A DNA stretch of 64,000 nucleotides, from positions 1,742 through 65,741 of the forward strand of contig CAVOPZ010000027.1 in assembly GCA_963698205.1 (NCBI GenBank). Reading direction: 5' to 3'. The position numbers and the translations under genes were made by a program. Under the pieces are notes generated by a model, which was given only the letters and a program-made list of their open reading frames with translations, did not search any database and had not been told where the DNA came from. The stretch's first letter is position 1, and each line of letters begins with the position of its first letter. This document shows positions 18,646 through 28,799 of this stretch, piece by piece. This DNA is from an uncultured Ignavibacteriaceae bacterium (GTDB taxonomy: Bacteria; Bacteroidota; Ignavibacteria; Ignavibacteriales; Ignavibacteriaceae).

Positions 18646-20100
18646 ATGAAAGAAAAACTTAAAGAACTTACTAAGGATACTGCTATTTACGGCATCAGCA
18701 CGATGCTGGGCAGGTTTCTTAATTTTATTCTTGTTCCGTTTTACACAAATGTTTTCTTGCCTGCGGACTATGGTGTTGTAATTCTAATTTATTCTTACAT
18801 CGCAATTTTTAATATTATCTTTATTTATGGTTTAGATGCAGCATTTCTAAAGTACGCAGCATTTAAAGATATTGGCGACGAAAAAGAGAATTTCTCGACA
18901 CCGTTTATCAGCATATTGTTTACATCAATTATATTTTGCGGATTGATCATTCTGTTAAAGCAGCCGATCGCAGAATTTGTTGAGCTTTCTGCAAATCTGA
19001 ATTACCTGATTATACTTTCAGCTCTAATACTTTTTTTTGATGCGAACACAGTAATCTCATTTTTAAAATTAAGACTCGAAAGAAAAGCAAAATTATTTTC
19101 CTTCATCAAAATCGTAAGCATTTTTTTCAACATAGCACTTAATGTTTTTCTAATCATAAAATTAAACTGGGGAATAGAAGCAATATTTATAAGTAACCTT
19201 GCAGCATCAATTCTATCATTCGTTTTATTGATTCCAACACTATTCAAAAATTTCAAATTTGCTTTTCATAAAACTTTACTCAGGAGATTATTAAAATTTG
19301 GTTTGCCATATCTTCCTGCAGGATTAGGAATGATGCTTGTTCAAGTAATTGATGTGCCAATTCTTGAAAAGTTAACAGACGTAAAAACCGTTGGAATTTA
19401 TAAAGCAAACTATAAGCTTGGTATTTTTATGATGCTCTTTGTAAATATGTTTCAATATGCATGGCAGCCATTCTTTTTAACCAATGCAAAAGAAGAAAAT
19501 GCAAAAGAAATATTCTCAAAGGTTTTAACTTATTTTACAATTGTTGGAAGCGTACTTTTAGTACTCCTATCATTATTTATTTCTGATATTGTAAAGATTG
19601 ACTTTGCCGGAATATCAATAATTGGAGCAAAGTATTGGGATGGATTGTACATTGTTCCGGTGATTCTTCTTGCGTATTTGTTCAATGGAATGTATGTAGT
19701 TTTTTCTGCAGGAATTTATATTGAGGAAAAAAGTATTTATGCACCGGTTGTAACTGGTCTTGGAGCTTTAACAAATGTTGTGGCAAATTATATTCTTATT
19801 CCGCAGATCAATATTATGGGTGCGGCGCTTGCCACACTTTTAAGTTATATTGTAATGGCTTCCGGATATTATATTGTTACACAAAAGTATTACAAGATAA
19901 ATTATGATTACATCAAGCTTGCAAAGATTGCATTAGCCGTAACATTTATAGGAATTGTTTACTACTTATTAATGTATGGTGGATATTTAAATATCTATTA
20001 CAAAATAATTCTGGCATTTATTTTTATCTCATACATTTTGATGAATGTTTTTGAAAAGAATGAAATGAATTTTATTAAAACAAAATTGTTACGGAGATAA
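18646..20100 (+). CDS. MOP-superfamily oligosaccharide/polysaccharide flippase family protein
   Basis: 484 aa with about 12-14 TM helices. N-terminus KDTAIYGISTMLGRFLNFILVPFYT is typical of Wzx-like flippases. Confidence 0.7.
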   Translation: MKEKLKELTKDTAIYGISTMLGRFLNFILVPFYTNVFLPADYGVVILIYSYIAIFNIIFIYGLDAAFLKYAAFKDIGDEKENFSTPFISILFTSIIFCGLIILLKQPIAEFVELSANLNYLIILSALILFFDANTVISFLKLRLERKAKLFSFIKIVSIFFNIALNVFLIIKLNWGIEAIFISNLAASILSFVLLIPTLFKNFKFAFHKTLLRRLLKFGLPYLPAGLGMMLVQVIDVPILEKLTDVKTVGIYKANYKLGIFMMLFVNMFQYAWQPFFLTNAKEENAKEIFSKVLTYFTIVGSVLLVLLSLFISDIVKIDFAGISIIGAKYWDGLYIVPVILLAYLFNGMYVVFSAGIYIEEKSIYAPVVTGLGALTNVVANYILIPQINIMGAALATLLSYIVMASGYYIVTQKYYKINYDYIKLAKIALAVTFIGIVYYLLMYGGYLNIYYKIILAFIFISYILMNVFEKNEMNFIKTKLLRR

Positions 20101-20559
20101 ATGACTGACAAAATTAAAATAAAAGTTAAAAGACTGAGTGAAGTTTTTGCTGATGTTCCGCTTCCATATTATGCAACTTCCGGAAGTGCAGGAATGGATA
20201 TTCGTGCAGCAATGAAAGATGACGTTATTCTTCAGCCCGGAAAAGTTGGGCTGATACCGACAAATATTTCCGTTGAAATTCCATTGGGATATGAAATCCA
20301 GGTTAGACCAAGAAGCGGATTAGCATCTAATCATAGTATTGGCATTCTTAACTCACCCGGTACTATTGACTCAGATTATCGTGGCGAAGTAAAAATTATT
20401 CTTATGAATTTTGGTAAAGAAGATTTTAAAATCTCCAGAGGAGATAGAATTGCACAATTGATAGTTTCAAAGGTTTACACCGCAAAGATTGTTGAAGTCA
20501 AAGATTTAAATTCTTCTAATCGAGGTGAAGGTGGATTTGGGCATACGGGGAAAAAATAA
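20101..20559 (+). CDS. dut: dUTP diphosphatase
   Basis: SGSAGMDIRA...RPRSGLA...LNSPGTIDSDYRGEV...GDRIAQL...RGEGGFGHTG, all five dUTPase motifs. Confidence 0.95.
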   Translation: MTDKIKIKVKRLSEVFADVPLPYYATSGSAGMDIRAAMKDDVILQPGKVGLIPTNISVEIPLGYEIQVRPRSGLASNHSIGILNSPGTIDSDYRGEVKIILMNFGKEDFKISRGDRIAQLIVSKVYTAKIVEVKDLNSSNRGEGGFGHTGKK

Positions 20560-20691
20560 TTTTTTACAATTAAAAGATTTAATGATTAAAATATTTAAAG
20601 ATTGGTATTTAGATTTTCATTCCTGTTTTCATTAACTTCGATTAGCACTTACAAAAAAACTATTCAAATTATTTTAATGTTATGATATACG

Positions 20692-23600
20692 ATGTCTGAT
20701 TTTATTCATCTACACAATCACACGCATTACAGCTTACAGGACGGTGCTTGTACCGTTGATGGACTAATTAACGCAGCCAAAAAACACGAGATGAAATCTG
20801 TAGCAATTACAGATCACGGTGTTATGTATGGCGCGGCTGAGTTTTACAACAAAGCAAAAAAAGCCGGAATCAAACCAATAATCGGAATGGAAGCTTACAT
20901 TGTTGTGGATGGAAGCAGATTTGATCGCGGCAAATCTGATGAATCATTTGATAAGAAAAAAACAAAACAATACAATCATTTAATTCTGCTTGCAAAAAAC
21001 AAACAAGGATATGATAATCTTTCACGCCTTTCTACACTAGGACACACAGAAGGATTTTATTACAAACCTCGCATTGATCTTGAATTGTTGAAACAGTATC
21101 GAGAAGGATTAATCTGTACAACAGCTTGTGCCGGAGGAGTTGTATCAACACATCTTGTAAACGGTAATTATGAAAAAGCACGTGAAGTTGCAAAAAAGTT
21201 TAAAGATATTTTTGGAGATGATTTCTATCTTGAAATTCAAGATCACGGAATGGATTTTGATAAACCAATTCTTGATGCAATGCCAAAGATTTCCAAAGAA
21301 CTGGGAATTAAACTCGTAGCTACAAATGATTGCCATTACATTGAACCTGATCACGCAATAGCACATAATATTCTGCTTCTTCTTTCAGATAAAAACGGTG
21401 CAGATTATACTCAACTAAGATATGGTACAGATCAGGTGTACTTTAAATCATCAGATGAAATGACAAAACTTTTTAAAAAGCATAAAAGTGCAATTGAAAA
21501 TACACTTGAGATAGATGAGAAGATTGATCTCAAACTAAATTTTGGAGAATATCATTTCCCAAATTTTCCGATTCCAAAAGAATCAAATGCAAAAACTCCA
21601 GATGATTATATGGAACTTCTTGCAAGACAAGGATTAGAAAAAAAGTTTGAGAACATCACGGAGGAAATTGAAAACAGGTTTAATTTTGAAATTAAAACAA
21701 TTAAAGAAATGGATTTTGCGGGATATTTTTTGGTTGTGCAGGATTTTATAAATGCAGCTAAAGATCGCAAAATTCCTGTTGGACCCGGCAGAGGAAGTGC
21801 TGCCGGAAGCATAGTTGCTTATGCTTTGGGGATTACAAATGTAGATCCGTTAAAATATGATTTGCTGTTTGAGAGATTTTTAAATCCCGCTAGAAGATCA
21901 TTGCCCGATATAGATGTTGATTTTGCTGATGATCAGCGAGGTGATGTAATTGATTATGTCCGAGAAAAATATGGAGCTGAGTGCGTTAGCCAGATTATTA
22001 CTTTTAATAGGTTATCATCAAAAGCCGTATTGCGTGATGTTGCTCGTGTATTAAAAATCCCAATTCCAACTGTAAACAAGATTACAAAATTTATTCCATC
22101 AAAGTTTGGTAAAGTTTATACTATTGATCAGGCACTGGCAGAAGTGCAGGATTTGAAATGGGTAAAAGAATCAAATGAAACAGATATCCAAAATCTAATC
22201 AAGTATGCAAGAGTTTTGGAAGGAATGAATCGGAATGCTTCCAAACATGCTGCAGGAGTTGTAATAACACCGGATGAAGTCAGCAAGTATGTTCCTCTTG
22301 CAAATGCTGTATCGCAGCAGGATATTGTTACGCAATACACGATGAAAGACATAGAAAATGCAGGTTTGCTAAAGATGGATTTTCTTGGATTGCGTACACT
22401 TACAATTATTCGTGATACGATTGATATGGTTAAGAAAAACCATCAGGTGGAAATTGAGATCGATAATGTTCCGATGAATGATGAAAAGACTTTTGCACTT
22501 TTTGCTAAAGGACAAACTACCGGAGTGTTCCAGTTTGAATCCGGACCGATGCGTGAATATTTAAAACAGCTTCATCCAACATCTTTAAATGATCTTGCAG
22601 CGATGAATGCTTTGTATCGTCCTGGTCCTATGGAATTTATTGATGATTTTATCGACAGAAAGTTTGGAAAAAAAGAGGTTAAATATCCTCATCAGATTCT
22701 AGAACCAATCCTAAAAGAAACTTATGGAATTATAGTTTACCAGGAACAAGTTATTCAGATTGCAAACAAAGTTGGCGGAATGAGTTTGGCTGATGCTGAT
22801 TTGTTAAGAAGAGCGATGGGTAAAAAAGATCTAAAAGTAATGGAAGATCAAAAAATAGTTTTTGTTGATGGTGCAATTAAAAATGGTGTTGATAAAAAAA
22901 CTGCTCTGGAAATTTTTGAAACGATTTTTAAGTTTGCAAACTATGGGTTTAATAAAAGTCACGCAGTTGCATATAGTTTCATAGCATATCAAACTGCATA
23001 TTTAAAAGCAAATTATCCGGTGGAGTTTTTAGCAGCCAACTTAAAGAATGAGTTTGAAAACACAGACAAGGTAACCAAGTTTCTTGAAGACTGTCGTAAA
23101 TTGAAAATAGAAGTTCTTCCTCCGGATGTTAACAATCCATCATTACACTTTGAAGCCGAAAAGGGGAAAATAAAATTTGGAATGTCTGCAATAAAAAATG
23201 TCGGTGTTCCTGCCGTAAAAGAAATTATCAATGCAAGAAATGCTCTTGGCAGAAATTTTAAAAGTATTTATGATTTTTGTGCAAACACAGATAATCGAAT
23301 TGTAACAAAGCGTGCACTTGAAGGATTAGTTCTTGCAGGCGCATTTTACACAATGAATAAGAATCGTGCACAACTCTTTAAAGTCGTTGAATCCGCCTTG
23401 GACTATTCACACAAAATTCAGAACTCAAAAATGCTCTCGAGTGATTCTTTGTTTGGCGGAGATGAAGATGTTAAGCTTAAAGAACCTGAATTGCCGGATG
23501 TAAACTCCTGGACTGAAAAAGAATTTCTATCGCATGAAAGAAAAGTCATTGGATTTTATTTAACTGATCATCCACTGCGAAGATATGAACTGGAGTTCAA

Positions 23601-24153
23601 ATCATTCGCTACAATTCATCTTGGTGAAACAGAGGATATAATTGAAAAAAGTGATGTGAGGGTTTGTGGTATTGTAACGGAACTTAAAACTAAGTTTGAT
23701 AAAGCCGGTAAAACAATGGCTTTCTTTAGACTGGATGACTTAACTGGCAGCTGCGAATGTTTGATGTTTTCTAAAGCGTTTGTAGAATTTGGTCAGTTTG
23801 TGGAAGATGAAGAACCTATATTTGCAATAGGCAATCTTGAAAGCAGCGGAGACGCTGTTAAAATGCAGGTTAATAAAGTTATACCAATGAAAAAAATTGC
23901 CAACGAGTTTACTGAGAGTTTAAAGATTCAAATAAGTAAAGAAAAAATTTCCTCTGAAAAATTATTTGATTTGAAAAATATTCTTAAAAGCAGCGAGGGA
24001 AGCATTCCAGTATTTATTAATCTTACAGAAAATGGAAGCGACAAAGGAAAACTATTTTCACTTCAGGATATTCGTATTAAGATAACTTCTGAACTGATTA
24101 AATCATTAATTGATTTACTTGGTGAAGAATCCGTTCTATTAAAATCAAAATAA
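20692..24153 (+). CDS. dnaE: DNA polymerase III subunit alpha
   Basis: PHP domain FIHLHNHTHYSLQDG, ITDHGVMYG; palm/fingers GPGRGSAAGSIVAYALGIT, PDIDVDF, HAAGVVI, FNKSHAVAYS. 1153 aa, intact. Confidence 0.97.
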   Translation: MSDFIHLHNHTHYSLQDGACTVDGLINAAKKHEMKSVAITDHGVMYGAAEFYNKAKKAGIKPIIGMEAYIVVDGSRFDRGKSDESFDKKKTKQYNHLILLAKNKQGYDNLSRLSTLGHTEGFYYKPRIDLELLKQYREGLICTTACAGGVVSTHLVNGNYEKAREVAKKFKDIFGDDFYLEIQDHGMDFDKPILDAMPKISKELGIKLVATNDCHYIEPDHAIAHNILLLLSDKNGADYTQLRYGTDQVYFKSSDEMTKLFKKHKSAIENTLEIDEKIDLKLNFGEYHFPNFPIPKESNAKTPDDYMELLARQGLEKKFENITEEIENRFNFEIKTIKEMDFAGYFLVVQDFINAAKDRKIPVGPGRGSAAGSIVAYALGITNVDPLKYDLLFERFLNPARRSLPDIDVDFADDQRGDVIDYVREKYGAECVSQIITFNRLSSKAVLRDVARVLKIPIPTVNKITKFIPSKFGKVYTIDQALAEVQDLKWVKESNETDIQNLIKYARVLEGMNRNASKHAAGVVITPDEVSKYVPLANAVSQQDIVTQYTMKDIENAGLLKMDFLGLRTLTIIRDTIDMVKKNHQVEIEIDNVPMNDEKTFALFAKGQTTGVFQFESGPMREYLKQLHPTSLNDLAAMNALYRPGPMEFIDDFIDRKFGKKEVKYPHQILEPILKETYGIIVYQEQVIQIANKVGGMSLADADLLRRAMGKKDLKVMEDQKIVFVDGAIKNGVDKKTALEIFETIFKFANYGFNKSHAVAYSFIAYQTAYLKANYPVEFLAANLKNEFENTDKVTKFLEDCRKLKIEVLPPDVNNPSLHFEAEKGKIKFGMSAIKNVGVPAVKEIINARNALGRNFKSIYDFCANTDNRIVTKRALEGLVLAGAFYTMNKNRAQLFKVVESALDYSHKIQNSKMLSSDSLFGGDEDVKLKEPELPDVNSWTEKEFLSHERKVIGFYLTDHPLRRYELEFKSFATIHLGETEDIIEKSDVRVCGIVTELKTKFDKAGKTMAFFRLDDLTGSCECLMFSKAFVEFGQFVEDEEPIFAIGNLESSGDAVKMQVNKVIPMKKIANEFTESLKIQISKEKISSEKLFDLKNILKSSEGSIPVFINLTENGSDKGKLFSLQDIRIKITSELIKSLIDLLGEESVLLKSK

Positions 24154-24242
24154 ATTCAGCATCATTTTTTGTTGTTTCGCTTAGCCTGATTTTGTATTAT
24201 TACTGCCGTTAAACATATTATATTTAAAGGACTTTATATTTA

Positions 24243-25058
24243 ATGAAGAAGGATTATTGGGCACTTATCTTAGGGGCGTCATCCGGATTTGGTGAAGCGA
24301 CTGCATTAAGGTTAGCAAGAGACGGGTTTAATATCATTGGAGTTCATCTTGATAGACAAGCCACTATGCCTAATGTTAATAAAATTATTAGAGAGATTAA
24401 ATTAGCAGGAGTTCAGGCAATATTTTATAATGCTAATGCTGCAGATGAATTTAAAAGAAATGAAATTATTACTGAAATTAAATCATCATTAAATCATCGA
24501 CCTTTTATTAAAGTTATAATGCACTCGCTTGCATTCGGAACTTTAAGACCTTTCATTCCAGATGAAAATGAACAAGCAATTACAAAAGCACAAATAGAAA
24601 TGACGCTTGATGTAATGGCGCACTCACTTATTTATTGGGTGCAGGATGTTGTAACTAATAATCTGCTTGCTCAGAATGCAAGAATTTTTGCAATGACTAG
24701 TTCAGGAAGTCACTCTGCTATTCCATACTATGGTGCAGTATCGGCTGCAAAAGCTGCTTTAGAATCTCATGTGCGCCAATTATCAGTTGAACTTGGTAGT
24801 AAATATAGTGCGTCCGTAAATTCAATTATGGCCGGAGTAACTGATACTCCTGCACTCAGAAAAATTCCCGGTAACGCAAATATGATTGATATAGCACAAA
24901 GTAAAAACCCGCATGGAAGATTAACAACTCCCGAAGATATTGCAAAAGTAATTTCACTGCTTTGTAAAGAGGGGGGCGAATGGATATCAGGCGGTATAAT
25001 ACATGCCGATGGCGGAGAAGATATAGTTAATTATATTGGTCAAGGAAAAAAATCTTAA
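24243..25058 (+). CDS. SDR-family oxidoreductase of the enoyl-ACP reductase (FabI/FabL-like) type
   Basis: Rossmann GASSGFG. Active-site spacing Y-x6-K (YYGAVSAAK) is typical of enoyl reductases rather than the classical SDR Y-x3-K. Confidence 0.6.
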   Translation: MKKDYWALILGASSGFGEATALRLARDGFNIIGVHLDRQATMPNVNKIIREIKLAGVQAIFYNANAADEFKRNEIITEIKSSLNHRPFIKVIMHSLAFGTLRPFIPDENEQAITKAQIEMTLDVMAHSLIYWVQDVVTNNLLAQNARIFAMTSSGSHSAIPYYGAVSAAKAALESHVRQLSVELGSKYSASVNSIMAGVTDTPALRKIPGNANMIDIAQSKNPHGRLTTPEDIAKVISLLCKEGGEWISGGIIHADGGEDIVNYIGQGKKS

Positions 25059-25101
25059 TCATCATAAATCTGTTTATAATAATTTTTTTTAAGGGACTGA
25101 A

Positions 25102-25422
25102 ATGAAACCAAATACTTTTACCGATGAAAATTTTGCAACTGAAGTTCTAAAATCAGATAAACCTGTTCTTGTGGATTTTTGGGCTGTATGGTGCGGACCC
25201 TGTAAAATGATTGCGCCATTAGTTGAAGAACTTGCCGATGAGTTTGAAGGAAAAGCTAAAGTTGGCAAACTTGATGTTGACAATAATCAGGAAAGTGCAA
25301 TAAAATATGGCGTAAGAAGCATTCCAACTGTTTTAATATTTAAAGACGGCAAAGTGCACGATACAATTATTGGTGCTGTTCCAAAAGTACAACTTAAGAA
25401 AAAATTAGAAGCAGCATTATAA
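25102..25422 (+). CDS. trxA: Thioredoxin
   Basis: VLVDFWAVWCGPCKMIAP...YGVRSIPTVLIFKDG. 106 aa. Confidence 0.95.
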   Translation: MKPNTFTDENFATEVLKSDKPVLVDFWAVWCGPCKMIAPLVEELADEFEGKAKVGKLDVDNNQESAIKYGVRSIPTVLIFKDGKVHDTIIGAVPKVQLKKKLEAAL

Positions 25423-25708
25423 CCGGTTGTACCAATCCATAATTAATAAAAAGATTCGCCTATTATATAAGTGGTGGATTTATATAATAAATGGATGTAT
25501 TTAAGGTTTAGAGGAAAATACTATCTCTTGACATTATTGGCAAAAAATATTATTTCATAACAGCAAATAAAAAAAGTTTAATTTCTTGATTAAAATTACA
25601 AACTATGTTAATTTGGTAAGGAACTTAAGGATTATTAAATATAAATAACTTTTTTAGATTCATTTAAACTAACTAACCAAAAACACTTAACTACAAAAGG
25701 AGATCGTT

Positions 25709-28673
25709 ATGATCAAAAAACTTTCTGTATTGTTTATTGCATTGGCTTTTCTTTCAACAGCCTTTGCTCAAAACAAACCATATCCCATTGTAACTGTTTC
25801 AGGTGATGAAATTGGAACAAGTACAATAAGCAGCGGCTTGAATATGAGTGGACAGAAGTTATACTTCCCACCTGTTCAAAACAGATTATTTACCTGGACA
25901 GTTAATCCAATGACTACATTAGCCTCTGGATATGACCTTCAGTCGAACGGTTCTACTCAAGAGCTTTGGTATGATTTAAACAATCCGGGTTATTTGCACT
26001 CAGCATATTGCACTTCACAACAGACTGCTGGTTGGACTGACAGAACTATAACTTATTTCTTTTCTGCAGACAATGGTGCAAACTGGAGTGAATTAGGAAA
26101 CGTTCCGCCTCCTGCTCCAACAGGCGCCAGATCTGGTTTCCCCTCAATTATTGGATTATCCAATGGTGCTGCAGTTATCACAAGTCATCATAATGGCGGT
26201 GATGCGCTGACCACTTCAAAAATTCACATAGATAGCGGCCCGGCCGAATTTAATTTTACACAATACAATCCTGGCAACGCTCCTAATGGTCAGGGTAGCC
26301 CAATTTGGGGAAGAATGACCCGAAATAACGATAATAATGTTGTGATAGCTTCTTCAATTTCAGGTGGCGATAGCGCTTATACTAATGTTCTAAACACCAC
26401 AGGAGGAACTTATAGTGGTTGGAATATTTATAACAGTGATCAGGCAGAAACCTATTCTGTAGCCACTTCACCTTCAGGTAGAATTGGTAATGCTTATATC
26501 GGTGGAACTGGAAATGATGGTAAAGCATTTTATCGTTATTCCGATGATGGTGGATTGACTTGGTCTTCACCGCTAATGATTTATGATCCAGGTCCTGGCG
26601 ATACTGTTTTAGGTACAATTAGAGGTGTTGATTTAACATTTGCCGGCGAATCTCCTTGCGTCGTGTATGAAGTTGTTCAGCAAATTATATCAATAGGAAG
26701 TTATTTTCCCTGGCTTACCAAGTAAAATACACTTTTGGAGCCCGGCTGTAAATGGCGGAAATAATTTAGTATTAGCAGATAGTAATAATGTACCTTATTA
26801 CGGATATAATGGTACAAATGATGTCCAAACTCCTATTTGCCGTCCGGTTATCGGAAAAGCCCAGGGTTTGGATAATGTATTATTTGTTGCTTTTGATGCA
26901 ACAACTGAATTTTATTCTACATCTGCAGATACAACCTCATTCTGTGCCGGATACTTTATGGTTTCACAGGATGCCGGTGCAACCTGGACAACTCCTGAAA
27001 AGTTCACACCTTCAGGAAATCCATTGTTAGATTTCAGATTTCCAAGTATAGCTCCTGTTGCACCAGTTGCAGGAAATGTTGCAACCGTACATATTTCAAT
27101 GCAGGGCGATCCAACTCCTGGTTCACAGGTTAATGGTTCACCGGCTGGTATTACTGCACAGTTTTTCCATTTTACAACTGATGTACCACTTCAAACTGTA
27201 TCTGATATACCTGTAACATTTAATGTTGATATGGGTGTTCAGGCGTGTGAAGGTAATTTCCCGGCTGGGGCTACAGTAGTTGTTCGTGGTAGTTTCCAAG
27301 AAGCTTTCGGTGATCCGGGTGGAAACTGGCAAGGTAATTTATTCCAATTATCTGATGCTGATGGCGATACCATTTATACAGGTACATTTAATGCACCTGC
27401 TGGTTTAGCTGGTAACAATTATGCCTTTAAATATGTAATTGTTAATCCTCCTGCTGGTGATAATTGGGAATCAACTCCTGATAGACCATTTACAGTTACT
27501 GCTCCTGTTACAAACTTACCAACTGTATGGTTTAATGATGATAACGTTTGTACTGAAATAACCGAAGTCACAAATACTATAGAGTTTACTGCTGACATCA
27601 CTGCACTTATTAATAGTGGAGTTGGCGGTGCTTTCGATCCTAATCAAGACTCATTACTTGTAATGGGATTAGATTGGGATAACCTTGGTAAAAATGTTGT
27701 TGGTAATAGAAGAATGTTTAATGATAATCCATTTACCCCGGGTATTTATCAAACTACCTTAACAGTTACTTCGGGTTCAGCAGCTCCTAACGGAATTGGT
27801 GACTCTACTAAATGGAAATTCAAAGCTTTTCCAAATGGAAGATTTTCTAACGATGGTTGGGAAACAACTCCTGACAGGTGGCATATTTACTTAGCGGATG
27901 GTTCTACAGTTGTTTTACCTACAATTATACCAAGTATTCTTGCACTGCAAGCACCTTTAGTAAATCCTGTGCCGGTTCAGTTTACAGTTGACATGACTGG
28001 TGCTGTTAATCATTATAACGGATTACCTATACCCCTCGCAGATCTACAATTTGTGGGAATTCGAGGCAGCGCTGACTTCTTAGGAAACTGGAGTTCTGGT
28101 GGAAACTGGAATGTTTCTGATACTACTACCGGTTTGATGAAAGTGTTAAGCAATATTGGCGGAAATTTATGGAGAGTAACACTTACAGCCCCTGTTGGAC
28201 AAAATTCAGGTAACTATTCATTTAAATTTGCGGCAATGTATCCTGGTGCCGACACAATTAATGGCGGATCCTCTCCATTAGATAATGAAGCAGGATTTGG
28301 AGAAAATCATCAATTTACTCTACAGGACATACCAGCAGGTATTTTCCTCTATAATAAATTTGGTGATATGATTAATGATGTTAAAGAAATTCCTGGTGAT
28401 GGATTGCCAATAGCTTATGATTTAGGACAAAATTATCCTAACCCATTCAATCCAACGACTTCAATAAGATTCAGCATACCTGAAGCTGGTTTGGTAACCT
28501 TAAAGGTATTCAACTTATTAGGTCAGGAAGTTGCAACACTTGTTAACAGTGAAAAGACATCCGGTGTTTACGAAGCAACATTTGATGCCTCTTCAGTTTC
28601 AAGTGGTATATACTTCTATACATTAGAAGCTAAAAACTTTACTTCAACTAAGAAAATGATTTTATTGAAGTAA
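25709..28673 (+). pseudogene. Large T9SS cargo protein: signal peptide, BNR/Asp-box propeller, three CBM20-like modules, T9SS CTD. Reading frame broken once.
   Basis: ORFs 25709-26725 and 26868-28673 are one gene. The second frame is open from 26697 and continues the protein (…ISIGSYF/PGLPSKIHFWSPAVNGGNNLVLADS…). The break is at the T4C3 run at 26704-26710. Asp boxes SADNGANW, SDDGGLTW, SQDAGATW. CTD NYPNPFNPTTSIRFSIP...GIYFYTLEA. Confidence 0.8.
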
Positions 28674-28695
28674 TATGATTCTTTAATTTAAAAAG

Positions 28696-28739
28696 CGGGT
28701 GGTTATCTGTAACGCAATTACAGACCATCCGCTTTTTTA
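28696..28739 (+). terminator. Rho-independent terminator
   Basis: GCGGGTGG (28696-28703) pairs with CCATCCGC (28726-28733, one G-U). Inner TCTGTAA/TTACAGA stem, then a T6 run. Confidence 0.75.
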
Positions 28740-28799
28740 TTTTGAAAAAAATGATGAGATAAATTGAAATAATCTCAAAAAATATTTAGTGGAGAAAAG

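Noticed and set aside
25423-25708. Sigma-70-like TTGACA (25528-25533) as the promoter of the outer-membrane cluster
   Set aside because: No convincing -10 element lies at a 16-18-nt spacing (TATTAT at 14 nt, TATTTC at 17 nt). The promoter consensus of this lineage is not known to me, so I do not call it.
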